From: the human T2T-CHM13v2.0 reference genome, Homo sapiens
Assembly (NCBI RefSeq): GCF_009914755.1
Contig: NC_060933.1
DNA: 64,000 nucleotides
Reading direction: 5' to 3' (one strand)
Both the position numbers and the translations under genes were made by a program. Under the pieces are notes generated by a model that was not told where the DNA came from, did not search any database, and saw only the letters and a program-made list of their open reading frames with translations. Below, one piece after another: positions 14,101-28,800 of this stretch. How positions within the stretch are numbered: the first letter of the stretch is position 1; the number at the start of each line of letters is the position of its first letter.

Positions 14101-17100
14101 ATGGAATCAAACCGAGTGCAATCGAATGGAATCGAATGGAATGGAATGCAATGGAATGGATTCAACTTGAATGGAATGGAAAGAATGGACTCAACACAAG
14201 TGGAATGGCATGGATTGGAATGGAATGGAATGGAATCAACCCGAGTACAGGGGAATGGAATGGAATGGAATGCAATGGAATGGAATCATCCGTAATGGAA
14301 TGGAAAGGAATGGAATGGAATGGAATGGAATGGAATGGAATGCAATGGAATCAACTCGATTGCAATCGAATGGAATGGAATGGAATTAACCCGAATAGAA
14401 TGGAATGGAATGGAATGGAACGTAACGGCATGGAATGGAATGGAATGGAATGGAATGGAATGGAATGGAACGGAACAGAATGGAATGGAAAGGAATGGAA
14501 TGGAATGGAATGGAATGGAATCAACGCGAGTGCAGGGGAATGGAATGCAATGGAATGCAATGGAATGGAATCTTCCGGAATGGAATGGAATGGAATGGAA
14601 TGAAATGCAATGGATTCAACTCGATTACAATGGAATGGAATAGAATGGAATGGAATGGAATGGAATGAACCCGAATAGAATGGAATGGAATGGAATGGAA
14701 CGGAATGGAACAGAACGGAACGGAACGGAATGGAATGGAATGGAATGGAATGGAATGGAATGGAATGGAATGGAATGGAATCAACTCGATTGTAATGGAA
14801 TGGAATGGAATGGAGTGGAATGCAATGGAATGGAATGGAATTAACCCGAATACAATGGAATGGAATGGAATGGAATGGAATGGAGTGGAATGGAATGGAA
14901 TCAACCCGAGTGCAGGGGAACGGAATGGAATGGAATCCAATGGAATGGAATCATCCGGAATGGAATGGAATGGAATGGAATGCAAAACAATTCAATCAAC
15001 TCGATTGCAATGGAATGGAATGGAATGTATATGAATAGAATGGAATCAACCCGAGTGGAATGGAATGGAAAGGACTGGAATGGAGTGGAATGGAATGGAA
15101 CGGAATGGAATGGAATCAACTCGATTGTAATGGAATGGAATGGAATAGAGTGGAATGGAATGGAATGGAATGGAATTAACCCGAATACAATGGAATGGAA
15201 TGGAATGGAATGGAATGGAGTCGAATGGAATGGAATCAACCCGAGTGCAGGGGAACGGAATGGAATGGAATGCAATGGAATGGAATCATCCGGAATGGAA
15301 TGGAATGGAATGGAATGCAAAACAATTCAATCAACTCGATTGCAATGGAATGGAATGGAATGTATATGAATAGAATGGAATCAACCCGAGTGGAATGGAA
15401 TGGAAAGGACTGGAATGGAGTGGAATGGAATGGAACGGAATGGAATGGAATCAACTCGATTGGAATGGAGTGCAATGGAATTTGAATGGAATGGAATGGA
15501 ATGGAATGGAATGGAATGGAATTTACCCGAATAGAATGGAATGGAATGGAATGGAATGGAATGGAATGGAACGGAATGGAATGGAATGGAATGGAATGGA
15601 ATGGAATGGAATCAACCCGATTGCACGGGAATTGAATGGAATGGAATGCAATGGAATGGAATCATCCGGAACGGAATGGAATGGAATGGAATGGAATCAA
15701 CTCGATTGCAATGGAATGGAATGGAATGGAATGGAATGGAATGGAATGGAATGGAATGGAGTGGAATGGAATGGAATTAACACGAAAAGAATGGAATGGA
15801 ATGGAATGGAAAGGAATGGAAGGGAATGGAATTGAATGTAATCAACCCGAGTGCAGGGGAATGGAATGGAATTCAATGCAATGGAATGGAATCATCCGGA
15901 ATGGAATGGAATGGAATGGAATTTAATGGAATGGAATCAACTCGATTTCAATGGAATGGAATGGAATAGAATGGAATGGAATTAACACGAACAGAATGGA
16001 ATGGAATGGAATGGAATGGAACGGAAAGGAATGGAATGGAATGGAATGGAATCAACCCAAGTGCAGGGGAATGGAATGGAATGGAATTCAATGGAATGGA
16101 ATCATCCGGAATGGAATGGAATGGAATGGAATGGAACGGAATGGAACGGAACGGAATGGAATGGAATGGAATGGAATGGAATGGAATGGAATGGTATGGA
16201 ATGGAATGGAATGAACCCGTGTGCAATGTAATGGAATGGAATGGAATGGATTCAACTCGAATGGAATCAACTCGATTGCAATGGAATGGAATGGAATGGA
16301 AAGGAATAGAATGGAATCAACCCGAGTGGAATGGAATGGAAAGGACTGGAATGGAGTGGAATGGAATGGAATGGAATTAACACGAATAGAATGGAATGGA
16401 ATGGAATGGAACGGAATGGAATGGAATGGAATGGAATGGATTCAACCCGAGTGCAGGGGAATGGAATGGAATGGAATGCAATGGAATGGAATCATCCGGA
16501 ATGGAATGGAATGGAATGGAATGGAATGGAATGGAATGGAATGGGATGGAATGGAATGGAATGGAATGGAATGGGATGGAATGGAATGGTACGGAATAGA
16601 ATGGAATGGAATGAAATGGAATGGAATGGAATGGAATGGAATGGAATGGAATGGAATGGAATGGAATCAACTCGATTGCAATGGAATGGAATGGAATGGC
16701 ATGGAATGGAATGGAATGGAATGGAATTGAATGGAATGAAATGGAATTAACCCGAATAGAATGGAATGGAATGGAATGGAACGGAATGTAATGGAATGAA
16801 ATGGAATGGAATCAATCCGAGTGCAGGGGAATGGAATGGAATGGAATGCAATGGAATGCAATCATCCGGAATGGAATGGAATGGAATGGAATGGAATGGA
16901 ATGGAATCAACTCGATTGCAATGGAGTGGAATGGAATGGAAACGAATGGAAGGGAATGGAATGGAATGTAATCAACCCGAGTGCAGGGGAATGGAATGGA
17001 ATGGAATGCAATGGAATGGAATCATCCGGAATGGATTGGAATGGAATGGAATGCAATCAACACGATGGAATGGAATGGAGTGGAATGGAATGGAATGGAA

Positions 17101-18720
17101 TGAAATGGAAACATCCCGAATGCAATGGAATGTAATGGAGTGTAAGGGAATTGAATAGAATCAATCCGAATGTAATGGAATGGAATGCAATGAAATGGAA
17201 TGGAATGGAATGGAATGGAATAAACCCGAGTGCAATGGAATGGATTCGAATGGAATGGAATGGAATGGAATGGATTCAACAAGAATGGAATTGAAAGGAA
17301 TGGAATCAACCCGAGTGTAATGGCATGGAATGGAATGCAATGGAATGGAATGGGATGGAATAGAATGGTACGGAATAGAATGGTATGGAAGGAAATGGAA
17401 TGGAATGGAATTTAATGGAATGGAATGGAATGAACCCGTGTGCAATGTAATGGAATGGAATGGAATGGAAAGGAATAGAATGGAATCAACCCGAGTGGAA
17501 TGGAATGCAAAGGACTGGAATGGAGTGGAATGGAATGGAATGGAATTAACCCGAATAGAATGGAATGGAATGGAATGGAACGGAATGTAATGGAATGGAA
17601 TGGAATGGATTCAACCCGAGTGCAGGTGAATGGAATTGAATGGAATTCAATGGAATGGAATCATCCGGAATGGAATGGAATGGAATGGAATGGAATCAAC
17701 TCGATTTCAATGGAATGGAATGGAATAGAATGGAATGGAATTAACACGAATAGAATGGAATGGAATGGAATGGAATGGAATTAACCCGAATAGAATGGAA
17801 TGGAATGGAATGGAACGGAATGGAATGGAATGGAATGGAATGGAATGGAATGGAATGTTATGGAATGCAATGGAATGGAATCAACTCGATTGTAATGGAA
17901 CGGAATGGAATGGAATGGAATGGAATGGAATGGAATGGAATTAACCCGAATACAATGGAATGGAATGGAATGGAACGGAATGGAGTGGAATGGAATGTAA
18001 TCAACCCGAGTGCAGGGGAATGGAATGGAATGGAATGCAATGGAATGGAATCATCCGGAATGGAATGGAATGCAAAACAATGGAATCAACTCGATTGCAA
18101 TGGAATGGAATGGAATGGAAATGAATAGAATGGAATCAACCCGAGTGGAATGGAATGGAAAGGACTGGAATGGAGTGGAATGGAATGGAATGGAATGGAA
18201 TGGAATCAACTCGATTGGAATGGAGTGGAATGGAAGTTGAATGGAATGGAATGGAATGGAATGGAATGGAATGGAATGGAATTAACCCGAATAGAAAGGA
18301 ATGGAATGGAATGGAATGGAACGGAACGGAATGGAGTGGAATGGAATGGAATGGAATGGAATCAACCCGACTGCACGGGAATGGAATGGAATGGAATGAA
18401 ATGGAATGGAATCATCCGGAACGGAATGGAATGGAATGGAATGGAATCAACTCGATTGCAATGGAATGGAATGGAATGGAATGGAATGGAATGGAATGGA
18501 GTGGAATGGAATGGAATTAACCCGAATAGAATGGAATAGAATGGAATGGAAATGAATGGTAGGGAATGGAATGGAGTGTAATCAACCCGAGTGCAGGGGA
18601 ATGGAATGGAATTGAATGCAATGGAATGGAATCATCCGGAATGGAATGGAATGGAATGGAATGGAATGATCCCGATGCAATGGAATGGAATGGAATGGAA
18701 TGGAATGGAATGGAATGGAA
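11106..18720 (+). repeat. ~7.6 kb higher-order unit, copy B (copy A plus ~0.7 kb extra sequence near 14520-15240)
   Basis: The offset to copy A is ~7050 before ~14500 and ~7740-7780 after ~15240. Confidence 0.8.
14830..15455 (+). repeat. 335 bp local tandem duplication
   Basis: GCAAAACAATTC...GTATATGAATAG occurs at ~14982 and ~15317; ORF ends at 14901 and 15236 differ by 335. Confidence 0.8.
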
Positions 18721-18989
18721 TGAACCCGTGTGCAATGTAATGGAATGGAATGGAATGGAATGGATTCAACTCGAAAGGAATCAACTCGACTGCAATGGAA
18801 TGGATGGAATGGAAAGGAATCGAATGGAATCAACTCGAGTGGAATGGAATGGAAAGGACTGGAATGCAGTGGAATGGAATGGAATGGAATGGAATCAAAT
18901 CGATTGGAATGGAATGGAATGGAATGGAATGGAATGGAATGGAATGGAATGGAATCAACTCGATTGGAATGGAATGGAATGGAAAGGAA

Positions 18990-20520
18990 TGGAATTAACC
19001 CGAGTGTAATGGCATGGAATGGAATGCAATGGAATGGAATGGGATGGAATAGAATGGTACGGAATAGAATAGTATGGAAGGAAATGGAATGGAATGCAAT
19101 TTAATGGAATGGAATGGAATGAACCCGTGTGCAATGTAATGGAATGGAATGGAATGGATTCAACTCGAATGGAATCAACTCGATTGCAATGCAATGGAAT
19201 GGAATGGAAAGGAATAGAATGGAATCAACCCGAGTGGAATGGAATGCAAAGGACTGGAATGGAGTGGAATGGAATTGAATGGAATTAACCCGAATAGAAT
19301 GGAATGGAATGGAATGGAACAGAATGTAATGGAATGGAATGGAATGGATTCAACCCGAGTGCAGGGGAATGGAATGGAATGGAATTCAATGGAATGGAAT
19401 CATCCGGAATGGAATGGAATACAATGGAATGGAATCAACTCGATTTCAATGGAATGGAATGGAATAGAATGGAATGGAATTAACACGAATAGAATGGAAT
19501 GGAATGGAATGGAATGGAATTAACCCGAATAGAATGGAATGGAATGGAATGGAACGGAATGCAATGGAATGGAATGGAATGGAATGGAATGGAATGGAAT
19601 GGAATGGTATGGAATGGAATGGAATGGAATGGAATCCACTCGATTGTAATGGAATGGAATGGAATGGAATGGAATGGAATGGAATGGAATGGAATGGAAT
19701 GGAATGGAATTAACCCGAATACAATGGAATGGAATGGAATGGAACGGAATGGAGTGGAATGGAATGTAATCAACCCGAGTGCAGGGGAATGGAATGGAAT
19801 GGAATGCAATGGAATGGAATCATCCGCAATGGAATGGAATGCAAAACAATGGAATCAACTCGATTGCAATGGAATGGAATGGAATGGAAATGAATAGAAT
19901 GGAATCAACCCGAGTGGAATGGAATGGAAAGGACTGGAATGGAGTGGAATGGAATGGAATGGAATGGAATGGAATCAACTCGATTGGAATGGAGTGGAAT
20001 GGAAGTTGAATGGAATGGAATGGAATGGAATGGAATGGAATTAACCCGAATAGAAAGGAATGGAATGGAATGGAATGGAACGGAACGGAATGGAGTGCAA
20101 TGGAATGGAATGGAATGGAATCAACCCGACTGCACGGGAATGGAATGGAATGGAATGAAATGGAATGGAATCATCCGGAACGGAATGGAATGGAATTGAA
20201 TGGAATCAACTCGATTGCAATGGAATGGAATGGAATGGAATGGAATGGAATGGAATGGAGTGGAATGGAATGGAATTAACCCGAATAGAATGGAATGGAA
20301 TGGAATGGAAATGAATGGAAGGGAATGGAATGGAATGTAATCAACCCGAGTGCAGGGGAATGGAATGGAATTGAATGCAATGGAATGGAATCATCCGGAA
20401 TGGAATGGAATGGAATGGAATGGAATGATCCCGATGCAATGGAATGGAATGGAATGGAATAGAATGGAATGGAAACATCCCGAATGGAATGGAATGTAAT
20501 GGAGTGTAAGGGAGTTGAAT
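18990..20520 (+). repeat. Partial third copy of the distal ~1.5 kb of the 7 kb unit
   Basis: Markers GTATGGAAGGAAAT (~9608/17383/19072), GGAAGTTGAAT (~20001) and GATCCCGATGC (~20426). ORF offsets 17500->19239 and 18010->19779. Confidence 0.75.
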
Positions 20521-23500
20521 AGAATCAGTCCGAATGAAATGGAAGGGAATGGAATGAAATGGAATGGAATGGAATGGAATGGAATCAAACCGAGTGCAAT
20601 GGAATGGATTCGAATGGAATGGAATGGATTCGAATATAATGGAATGGAATGGAATGGATTCAACAAGAATGGAATGGAAAGGAATGGAATCAACCCGAGT
20701 GTAATGGCATGGAATGGAATGGAATGGAATGGGATGGAATGGAATGGTACGGAATAGAATGGAATGGAATGAAATGGAATGGAATGGAATGGAATGGAAT
20801 GGAATGGAATGAACCCGTGTGCAATGTAATGGAATGGAAAGGAATGGAATGGATTCAACTCAAAAGGAATCAACTCGATTGCAATGGCATGGAATGGAAT
20901 GGAAAGGAATAGAATGGAATCAACCCGAGTGGAATGGAATGGAAAGGACTGGAATGGAGTGGAATGGAATGGAATGGAATGGAATCAAATCGATTGGAAT
21001 GGAATGGAATGGAATGGAATGGAATCAACTCGATTGCAATGGAATGGAATGGAATGGAATTTTAATGGAATGGAATGGAATTAACCCGAATAGAATGGAA
21101 TGGAATGGAATGGAACGGAATGTAATGGAATGAAATGGAATGGAATCAACCCGAGTGCAGGGGAATGAAATGGAATGGAATGCAATGGAATGCAAACATC
21201 CCGAATGGAATGGAATGTAATGGAATGTAAGGGAATTGAAGAGAATCAATCCGAATGTAATGGAATGGAATGGAATGAAATGGAATGGAATGGAATGGAA
21301 TGGAATCAACCCGAGTGCAATGGAATGGATTCGAATGGAATGGAATGGAATGGAATGGAATGGAATGGAATGGAATGGAATGGAATCAACCCGAGTGCAA
21401 TGGCATGGAGAGGAATGGAATGGAATGGAATGGAAACTACCCGAATGGAATGGAATGTAATGGAGTGTAAGGGAATTGAATAGAATCAATCCGAATGTAA
21501 TGGAATGGAATGGAACGGAATGGAATGGAATGGAATGGAATGGAATGGAATGCAATGGAATGGAATCAACCCGAGTGCAATCGAATGGAATCGAATGGAA
21601 TGGAATGCAATGGAATGGATTCAACTTGAATGGAATGGAAAGAATGGAATCAACACGAGTGGAATGGCATGGAATGGAATGGAATGAAATGGAATCAACC
21701 CGAGTACAGGGGAATGGAATGGAATGGAATGCAATGGAATGGAATCATCCGTAATGGAATGGAATGGAATGGAATGGAATGGAATGGAATGTAATGGAAT
21801 GGAATCAACTCGATTGCAATCGAATGGAATGGAATGGAATTAACCCGAATAGAATGGAATGGAATGGAAAGGAACGTAACGGAACGGAATGGAATGGAAT
21901 GGAATGGAACGGAAAGGAACGGAATGGAATGGAATGGAATGGAATGGAATGCAATCAACGCGAGTGCAGGGGAATGGAATGGAATGGATTGCAATGGAAT
22001 GGAATCTTACGGAATGGAATGGAATGGAATGGAATGGAATGGAATGCAATGGATTCAACTCGATTGCAATGGAATGGAATAGATTGGAATGGAATGGAAT
22101 GGAATGGAATTAATTCGAATAGAATGGAATGGAATGGAATGGAACGGAAAGGAATGGAATGAAATGGAATGGAATCAACCCGAGTGCAGGGGAATGGAAT
22201 GGAATGGAATGCAATGGAATGGAATCATCCGGAATGGAATGGAATGGAATGGAATGGAATGGAATGGAATGGAATCAACTCGATTGCAATGGAATGGAAT
22301 GGAATGGAAAGGAATGGAAGGGAATGCAATGGAATGTAATCAACACGAGTGCAGGGGAATGGAATGGAATGGAATGCAATGGAATGGAATCATCCGGAAT
22401 GGAATGGAATGGAATGGAATGGAATGGAATGGTATCAACTCGATTGCAATGGAATGGAATGGAATGGAAAGGAATGGAAGGGAATGGAATGGAATGTAAT
22501 CAACCCGAGTGCAGGGGAATGGAATGGAATGGAATGCAATGGACTGGAATCATCCGGAATGGAATGGAATGGAATGGAATGCAATCAACCCGATGCAATG
22601 GAATGGAGTGGAATGGAATGGAATGGAATGGAAACATCCCCAATGGAATAGAATGGAATGGAGTGTAAATGAATTGAATAGAATCAATCCGAATGTAATG
22701 GAATGGAATGGAATGAAATGGAATGGAATGGAATGGAATGGAATCAACCCGAGTGCAATGGAATGGATTTGAATGGGATGGAATTGAATGGAATGGATTC
22801 AACAAGAATGGAATGGAAAGGAATGGAATCAACCCGAGTGTAATGGCATGGAATGGAATGGAATGGAATGGAATGGGATGGAATGGAATGGTACGGAATA
22901 GAATGGAATGGAATGAAATGGAATGGAATGGAATTTAATGGAATGGAATGGAATGAACCCGTGTGCAATGTAATGGAATGTAATGGAATGGAATGGATTC
23001 AACTCGAATGGAATCAACACGATTGCAATGGAATGGAATGGAATGGAAAGGAATAGAATGGAATCAACCCGAGTGCAATGGAATGGAAAGGACTGGAATG
23101 GAGTGGAATGGAATAGAATGGAATTTACCCGAATAGAATGGAATGGAATGGAATGGAACGGAATGTAATGGAATGGAATGGAATGGATTCAACCCGAGTG
23201 CAGGGGAATGGAATGGAATGGAATGCAATGGAATGGAATCATCCGGAATGGAATGGAATTGAATGGAATGGAATGGAATGGAATGTAATCAACTCGATTT
23301 CAATAGAATGGAATGGAATAGAATGGAATGGAATTAACACGAATAGAACTGAATGGAATTGAATGGAATAGAATGGAACGGAAAGGAATGGAATGGAATG
23401 GAATGGAATCAACCCAAGTGCAGGGGAATTGAATGGAATGGAATTCAATGGAATGGAATCATCCGGAATGGAATGGAATGGAATGGAATGGAATGGAATG

Positions 23501-24833
23501 GAATGGAATCAACCCGAGTGCAATAGAATGGAGAGGAATGGAATGGAATGGAATGCAAAGTACCCGAATGGAATGGAATGTAATGGAGTGTAAGGGAATT
23601 GTATAGAATCAATCCGAAAGTAATGGAATGGAACGGAACGGAATGGAATGCAACGGAATGGAATCAACCCGACTGCAATCGAATTGAATCGAATGGAATG
23701 GAATGAAATGGAATGGATTCAACTTGAATGGAATGGAAAGAGTGGAATCAACACGAGTGGAATGGCATGGAATGGAATGGAATGGATTGAAATCAACCCG
23801 AGTACAGGGGAATGGAATGGAATGGAATGCAATGGAATGGAATCATCCGTAATGTAATGGAAAGGAATGGAATGGAATGGAATGGAATGGAATGGAATCA
23901 ACTCGATTGCAATCGAATGGAATGGAATGGAATTAACCCGAATAGAATGGAATGGAATGGAATGGAACGGAACGGAAAGGAACGGAATGGAATGGAATGG
24001 AAGGGAATGGAATCGAACGGAACGGAATGGAATGGAATGGAATGGAATTGAAAGGAATAAACGTCAGTGCAGGGGAATGGAATGGAATGGAATGCAATGG
24101 AATGGAATCTTCCGGAATGGAATGGAATGGAATGGAATGCAATGGATTCAACTCGATTGCAATGGAATGGAATAGAATGGAATGGAATGGAATGGAATGG
24201 AATGGAATTAACCCGAATAGAATGGAATGGAATGGAATGGAACGGAACGGAACGGAACGGAACGGAACGGAATGGAATGGAATGGAATGGAATGGAATTG
24301 TATGGAATGGAATGGAATGGTACGGAATAGAATGGAATGGAAAGAATTGGAATGGAATGGAATCGAATGGAATGGAATGGAATGGAATGGAATCAACCCG
24401 AATGCAGGGGAATGGAATGGAATGTAATGCAATGGAATGGAATCATCCGTAATAGAATGGAATGGAGTCAACCCGAGTGCAGGGGAATGGAATGGAATGT
24501 AATGCAATGGAATGGAATCATCCGTAATGGAATGGAAAGGAATGGAATGGAATGGAATGGAATGGAATGGAATCAACTCGATTGCAATCGAATGGAATGG
24601 AATGGAATTAACCCGAATAGAATGGAATGGAATGGAACGGAACGGAACGGAACGGAATGGAATGGAATGGAATGGAACGGAACGGAACGGAATGGAATGG
24701 AATGGAATGGAATGGAATGGAATGGAATGGAATCAAAGCGAGTGCAGGGGAATGGAATGGAATGGATTGCAATGGAATGGAATCAACCGGAATGGAATGG
24801 AATGGAATGGAATGGAATGGAATGGAATGGAAT

Positions 24834-24867
24834 CGTTCCGAGTGGAATAGGAGGGAATGTATTCGAG
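24834..24867 (+). other. Rare 34 bp divergent module CGTTCCGAGTGGAATAGGAGGGAATGTATTCGAG
   Basis: Also found at 40292, 55043, 58652 and 60873. The copies at 55043 and 60873 carry the CGTTCCTAGT variant. Confidence 0.85.
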
Positions 24868-25880
24868 TGGAATGGAAAGGAATGGAATCAACCAGAGAGG
24901 AATGTAAGGGAATGGAATGGACTGGAACCTAATAGAATGGAATCAACCCGAGTGGAATGGAATGGAAAGGAATGGAATGGAATGGAATGGAATGGAATGG
25001 AATGGAATCAACTCGATTGTAATGGAATGGAATGGAATGGAATGGAATGGAATGGAATGGAATTAAACCGAATTCAATGGAATGGAATGGAATGGAACGG
25101 AATGGACTGGAATGGAATGGAATCAACCCGAGTGCAGGGGAATGGAACGGAATGGAATGCAATGGAATGGAATCATCCGGAAGGGAATGGAATGGAATGG
25201 AATGCAAAGCAATGGAATCAACTCGATTGCAATGGAATGGAATGGAATGGAAAGGAATAGAATGGAATCAACCCGAGTGGAATGGAATTGAAAGGACTGG
25301 AATGGAGTGGAATGGAATGGAACGGAATGGAATGGAATCAACTCGATTGGAATGGAGTGGAATGGAATTTGAATGGAATGGAATGGAATTAACCCGAATA
25401 GAATGGAATGGAATGGAATGGAATGGAATGGAATGGAATGGAATTAACCCAAATAGAATGGAATGGAATGGAATGGAAAGGAATGCAAGGGAATGGAATG
25501 GAATGTAATCAACCCGAGTGCAGGGGAATGGAATGGAATTGAATGCAATGGAATGGAATCATCTGGAATGGAATGGAATGGAATGGAATGGAATGGAATG
25601 GAATGGAATGAACCCGATGCAATGGAATGGAATGGAATGGAATGGAATGGAATGGAATGGAAACATCCCGAATGGAATGGAATGTAATGGAGTGTAAGGG
25701 AATTGAATAGAATCAGTCCGAATGTAATGGAATGGAATGTAATGAAATGGAATGGAATGGAATGGAATGGAATCAAACCGAGTGCAATGGAATGGATTCG
25801 AATGGAATGGAATGGAATGGAAAGGAATAGAATGGAATCAACCCGAGTGGAATGGAATGGAAAGGACTGGAATGGACTGG

Positions 25881-28800
25881 AATGGAATGGAATGGAATGG
25901 ATTCAAATCGATTGGAATGGAATGGAATGGAATGGAATGGAATCAACTCGATTGCAATGGAATGGAATGGAATGGAATGGAATGGAATGGAATTAACCCG
26001 AATAGAATGGAATGGAATGGAATGGAACGGAATGTAATGAAATGAAATGGAATGGAATCAACCCGAGTGCAGGGGAATGGAATGGAATGGAATGCAATGG
26101 AATGGAATCATCCGGAATGGAATGGAATGGAATGGAATGGAATGGAATGGAATGGAATCAACTCGATTGCAATGGAATGGAATGGAATGGAAAGGAATGG
26201 AAGGGAATGGAATGGAATGTAATCAACACGAGTGCAGGGGAATGGAATGGAATGGAATGCAATGGAATGGAATCATCCGGAATGGAATGGAATGGAATGG
26301 AATGGAATGGAATGGAATGGAATCAACTCGATTGCAATGGAATGGAATGGAATGGAAAGGAATGGAAGGGAATGGAATGGAATGTAATCAACCGGAGTGC
26401 AGGGGAATGGAATGGAATGGAATGCAATGGAATGGAATCATCCGGAATGGAATGGAATGGAATGGAATGCAATCAACCCGATGCAATGGAATGGAGTGGA
26501 ATGGAATGGAATGGAATGGAAACATCCCGAATGGAATGGAATGGAATGGAGTGTAAGGGAATTGAATAGAATCAATCCGAATGTAATGGAATGGAATGGA
26601 ATGAAATGGAATGGAATGGAATGGAATGGAATCAACCCGAGTGCAATGGAATGGATTTGAATGGAATGGAATGGAATGGAATGGATTCAACAAGAATGGA
26701 ATGGAAAGGAATGGAATCAACCCGAGTGTAATGGCATGGAATGGAATGGAATGGAATGGAATAGAATGGGATGGAATGGAATGGTACGGAATAGAATGGA
26801 ATGGAATGGAATGGAATGGAATGGAATGGAATGGAATGGAATGGAATGAACCCGTGTGCAATATAATGGAATGGAATGGAATGGAATAGATTCAACTCGA
26901 ATGGAATCAACTCGATTGCAATGGAATGGAATGGAATGGAAAGGAATAGAATGGAATCAACCCGAGTGGAATGGAATGGAAAGGACTGGAATGGAGTGGA
27001 ATGGAATGGAATGGAATTAACCCGAATAGAATGGAATGGAATGGAATGGAACGGAATGTAATGGAATGGAATGGAATGGATTCAACCCGAGTGCAGGGGA
27101 ATGGAATGGAATGGAATGCAATGAAATGGAATCATCCGGAATGGAATGGAATGGAATGGAATGGAATGGAATGGAATGGAATCAACTCGATTTCAATGGA
27201 ATGGAATGGAATAGAATGGAATGGAATTAACACGAATAGAATGGAATGGAATTGAATGGAATGGAATGGAACGGAAAGGAATGGAATGGAATGGAATGGA
27301 ATCAACCCAAGTACAGGGGAATGGAATGGAATGGAATTCAATGGAATGGAATCATCCGGAATGTAATGGAATGGAATGGAATGGAATGGAATGGAATGGA
27401 ATGGAATGGAATCAACCCGACTGCAGGGGAATGGAATGGAACGGAATGCAATGGAATGGAATCATAAGGAATGGAATGGAATGGAAAGGAATGGAATGGA
27501 ATGGTATGGAATGGAATGGAATGATATGGAATGGAATGGAATGGTACGGAATAGAATGGAATGGAACGCATTGTAATGGAATGGAATAGAATGGAATGGA
27601 ATGGAATGGAATGGGATCAACGCGAGTGCAGGGGAATGTAATGGAACGGAATGCAATGGAATGGAATCATCCGGAATGGAATGGAATGGAATGGAATGGA
27701 ATCAACCCGAGTGCAATGGAATGGAGTGGAATGGAATGGAATGGAATGGAACAACACGAATGGAATGGAATGGAATGGAATGCAATCAACCCGATGCAAT
27801 GGAATGGAGTGGAATGGAATGGAATGGAATGGAAACATCCCGAATGGAATGGAATGGAATGGAGTGTAAAGGAATTGAATAGAATCAATCCGAATGTAAT
27901 GGAATGGAATGGAATGAAATGGAATGGAATGGAATGGAATGGAATGGAATCAACCCGAGTGCAATGGAATGGATTCGAATGGAATGGAATGGAATGGAAT
28001 GGATTCAACAAGAATGGAATGGAAAGGAATGGAATCAACCCGAGTGTAATGGCATGGAATGGAATGGAATGGAATGGAATGGGATGGAATGGAATGGTAT
28101 GGAATAGAATGGAATGGAATGAATTGGAATGGAATGGAATGGAATGGAATCGAATGGAATGGAATGAACCCGTGTGCAAAGTAATGGAATGGAATGGAAT
28201 GGAATGGATTCAACTCGAATGGAATCAACTCGATTGCAATGGAATGGAATGGAATGGAAAGGAATAGAATGGAATCAACCCGATTGGAATGGAATGGAAA
28301 GGACTGGAATGGAGTGGAATGGAATGGAATGGAATTAACCCGAATAGCATGGAATGGAATGGAATGCAACGGAATGTAATGGAATGGAATGGAATGGATT
28401 CAACCCGAGTGCAGGGGAATGGAATGGAATGGAATGCAATGGAATGGAATCATCCGGAATGGAATGGAATGGAATGGAATGGAATGGAATGGAATGGAAT
28501 CAACTCGATTTCAATGGAATGGAATGGAATAGAATGTAATGGAATTAACACGAATAGAATGGAATGGAATTGAATGGAATGGAATGGAACGGAAAGGAAT
28601 GGAATGGAATGGAATGGAATGAACCCAAGTGCAGGGGAATGGAATGGAATGGAATGGAATGGAATGGAAACATCCGGAATGGAATGGAATGCAATGGAAT
28701 GGAATGGAATGGAATCAACCCGAGTGCAATGGAATGGAGAGGAATGGAATGGAATGGAACGAAAAATATCCGAATGGAATGGAATGTAATGGAGTGTAGG

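Noticed and set aside
24831-24850. TCGTTCCGAGTGGAAT as a CENP-B box
   Set aside because: It lacks the TTCG....A..CGGG core, and there is no alpha satellite context.
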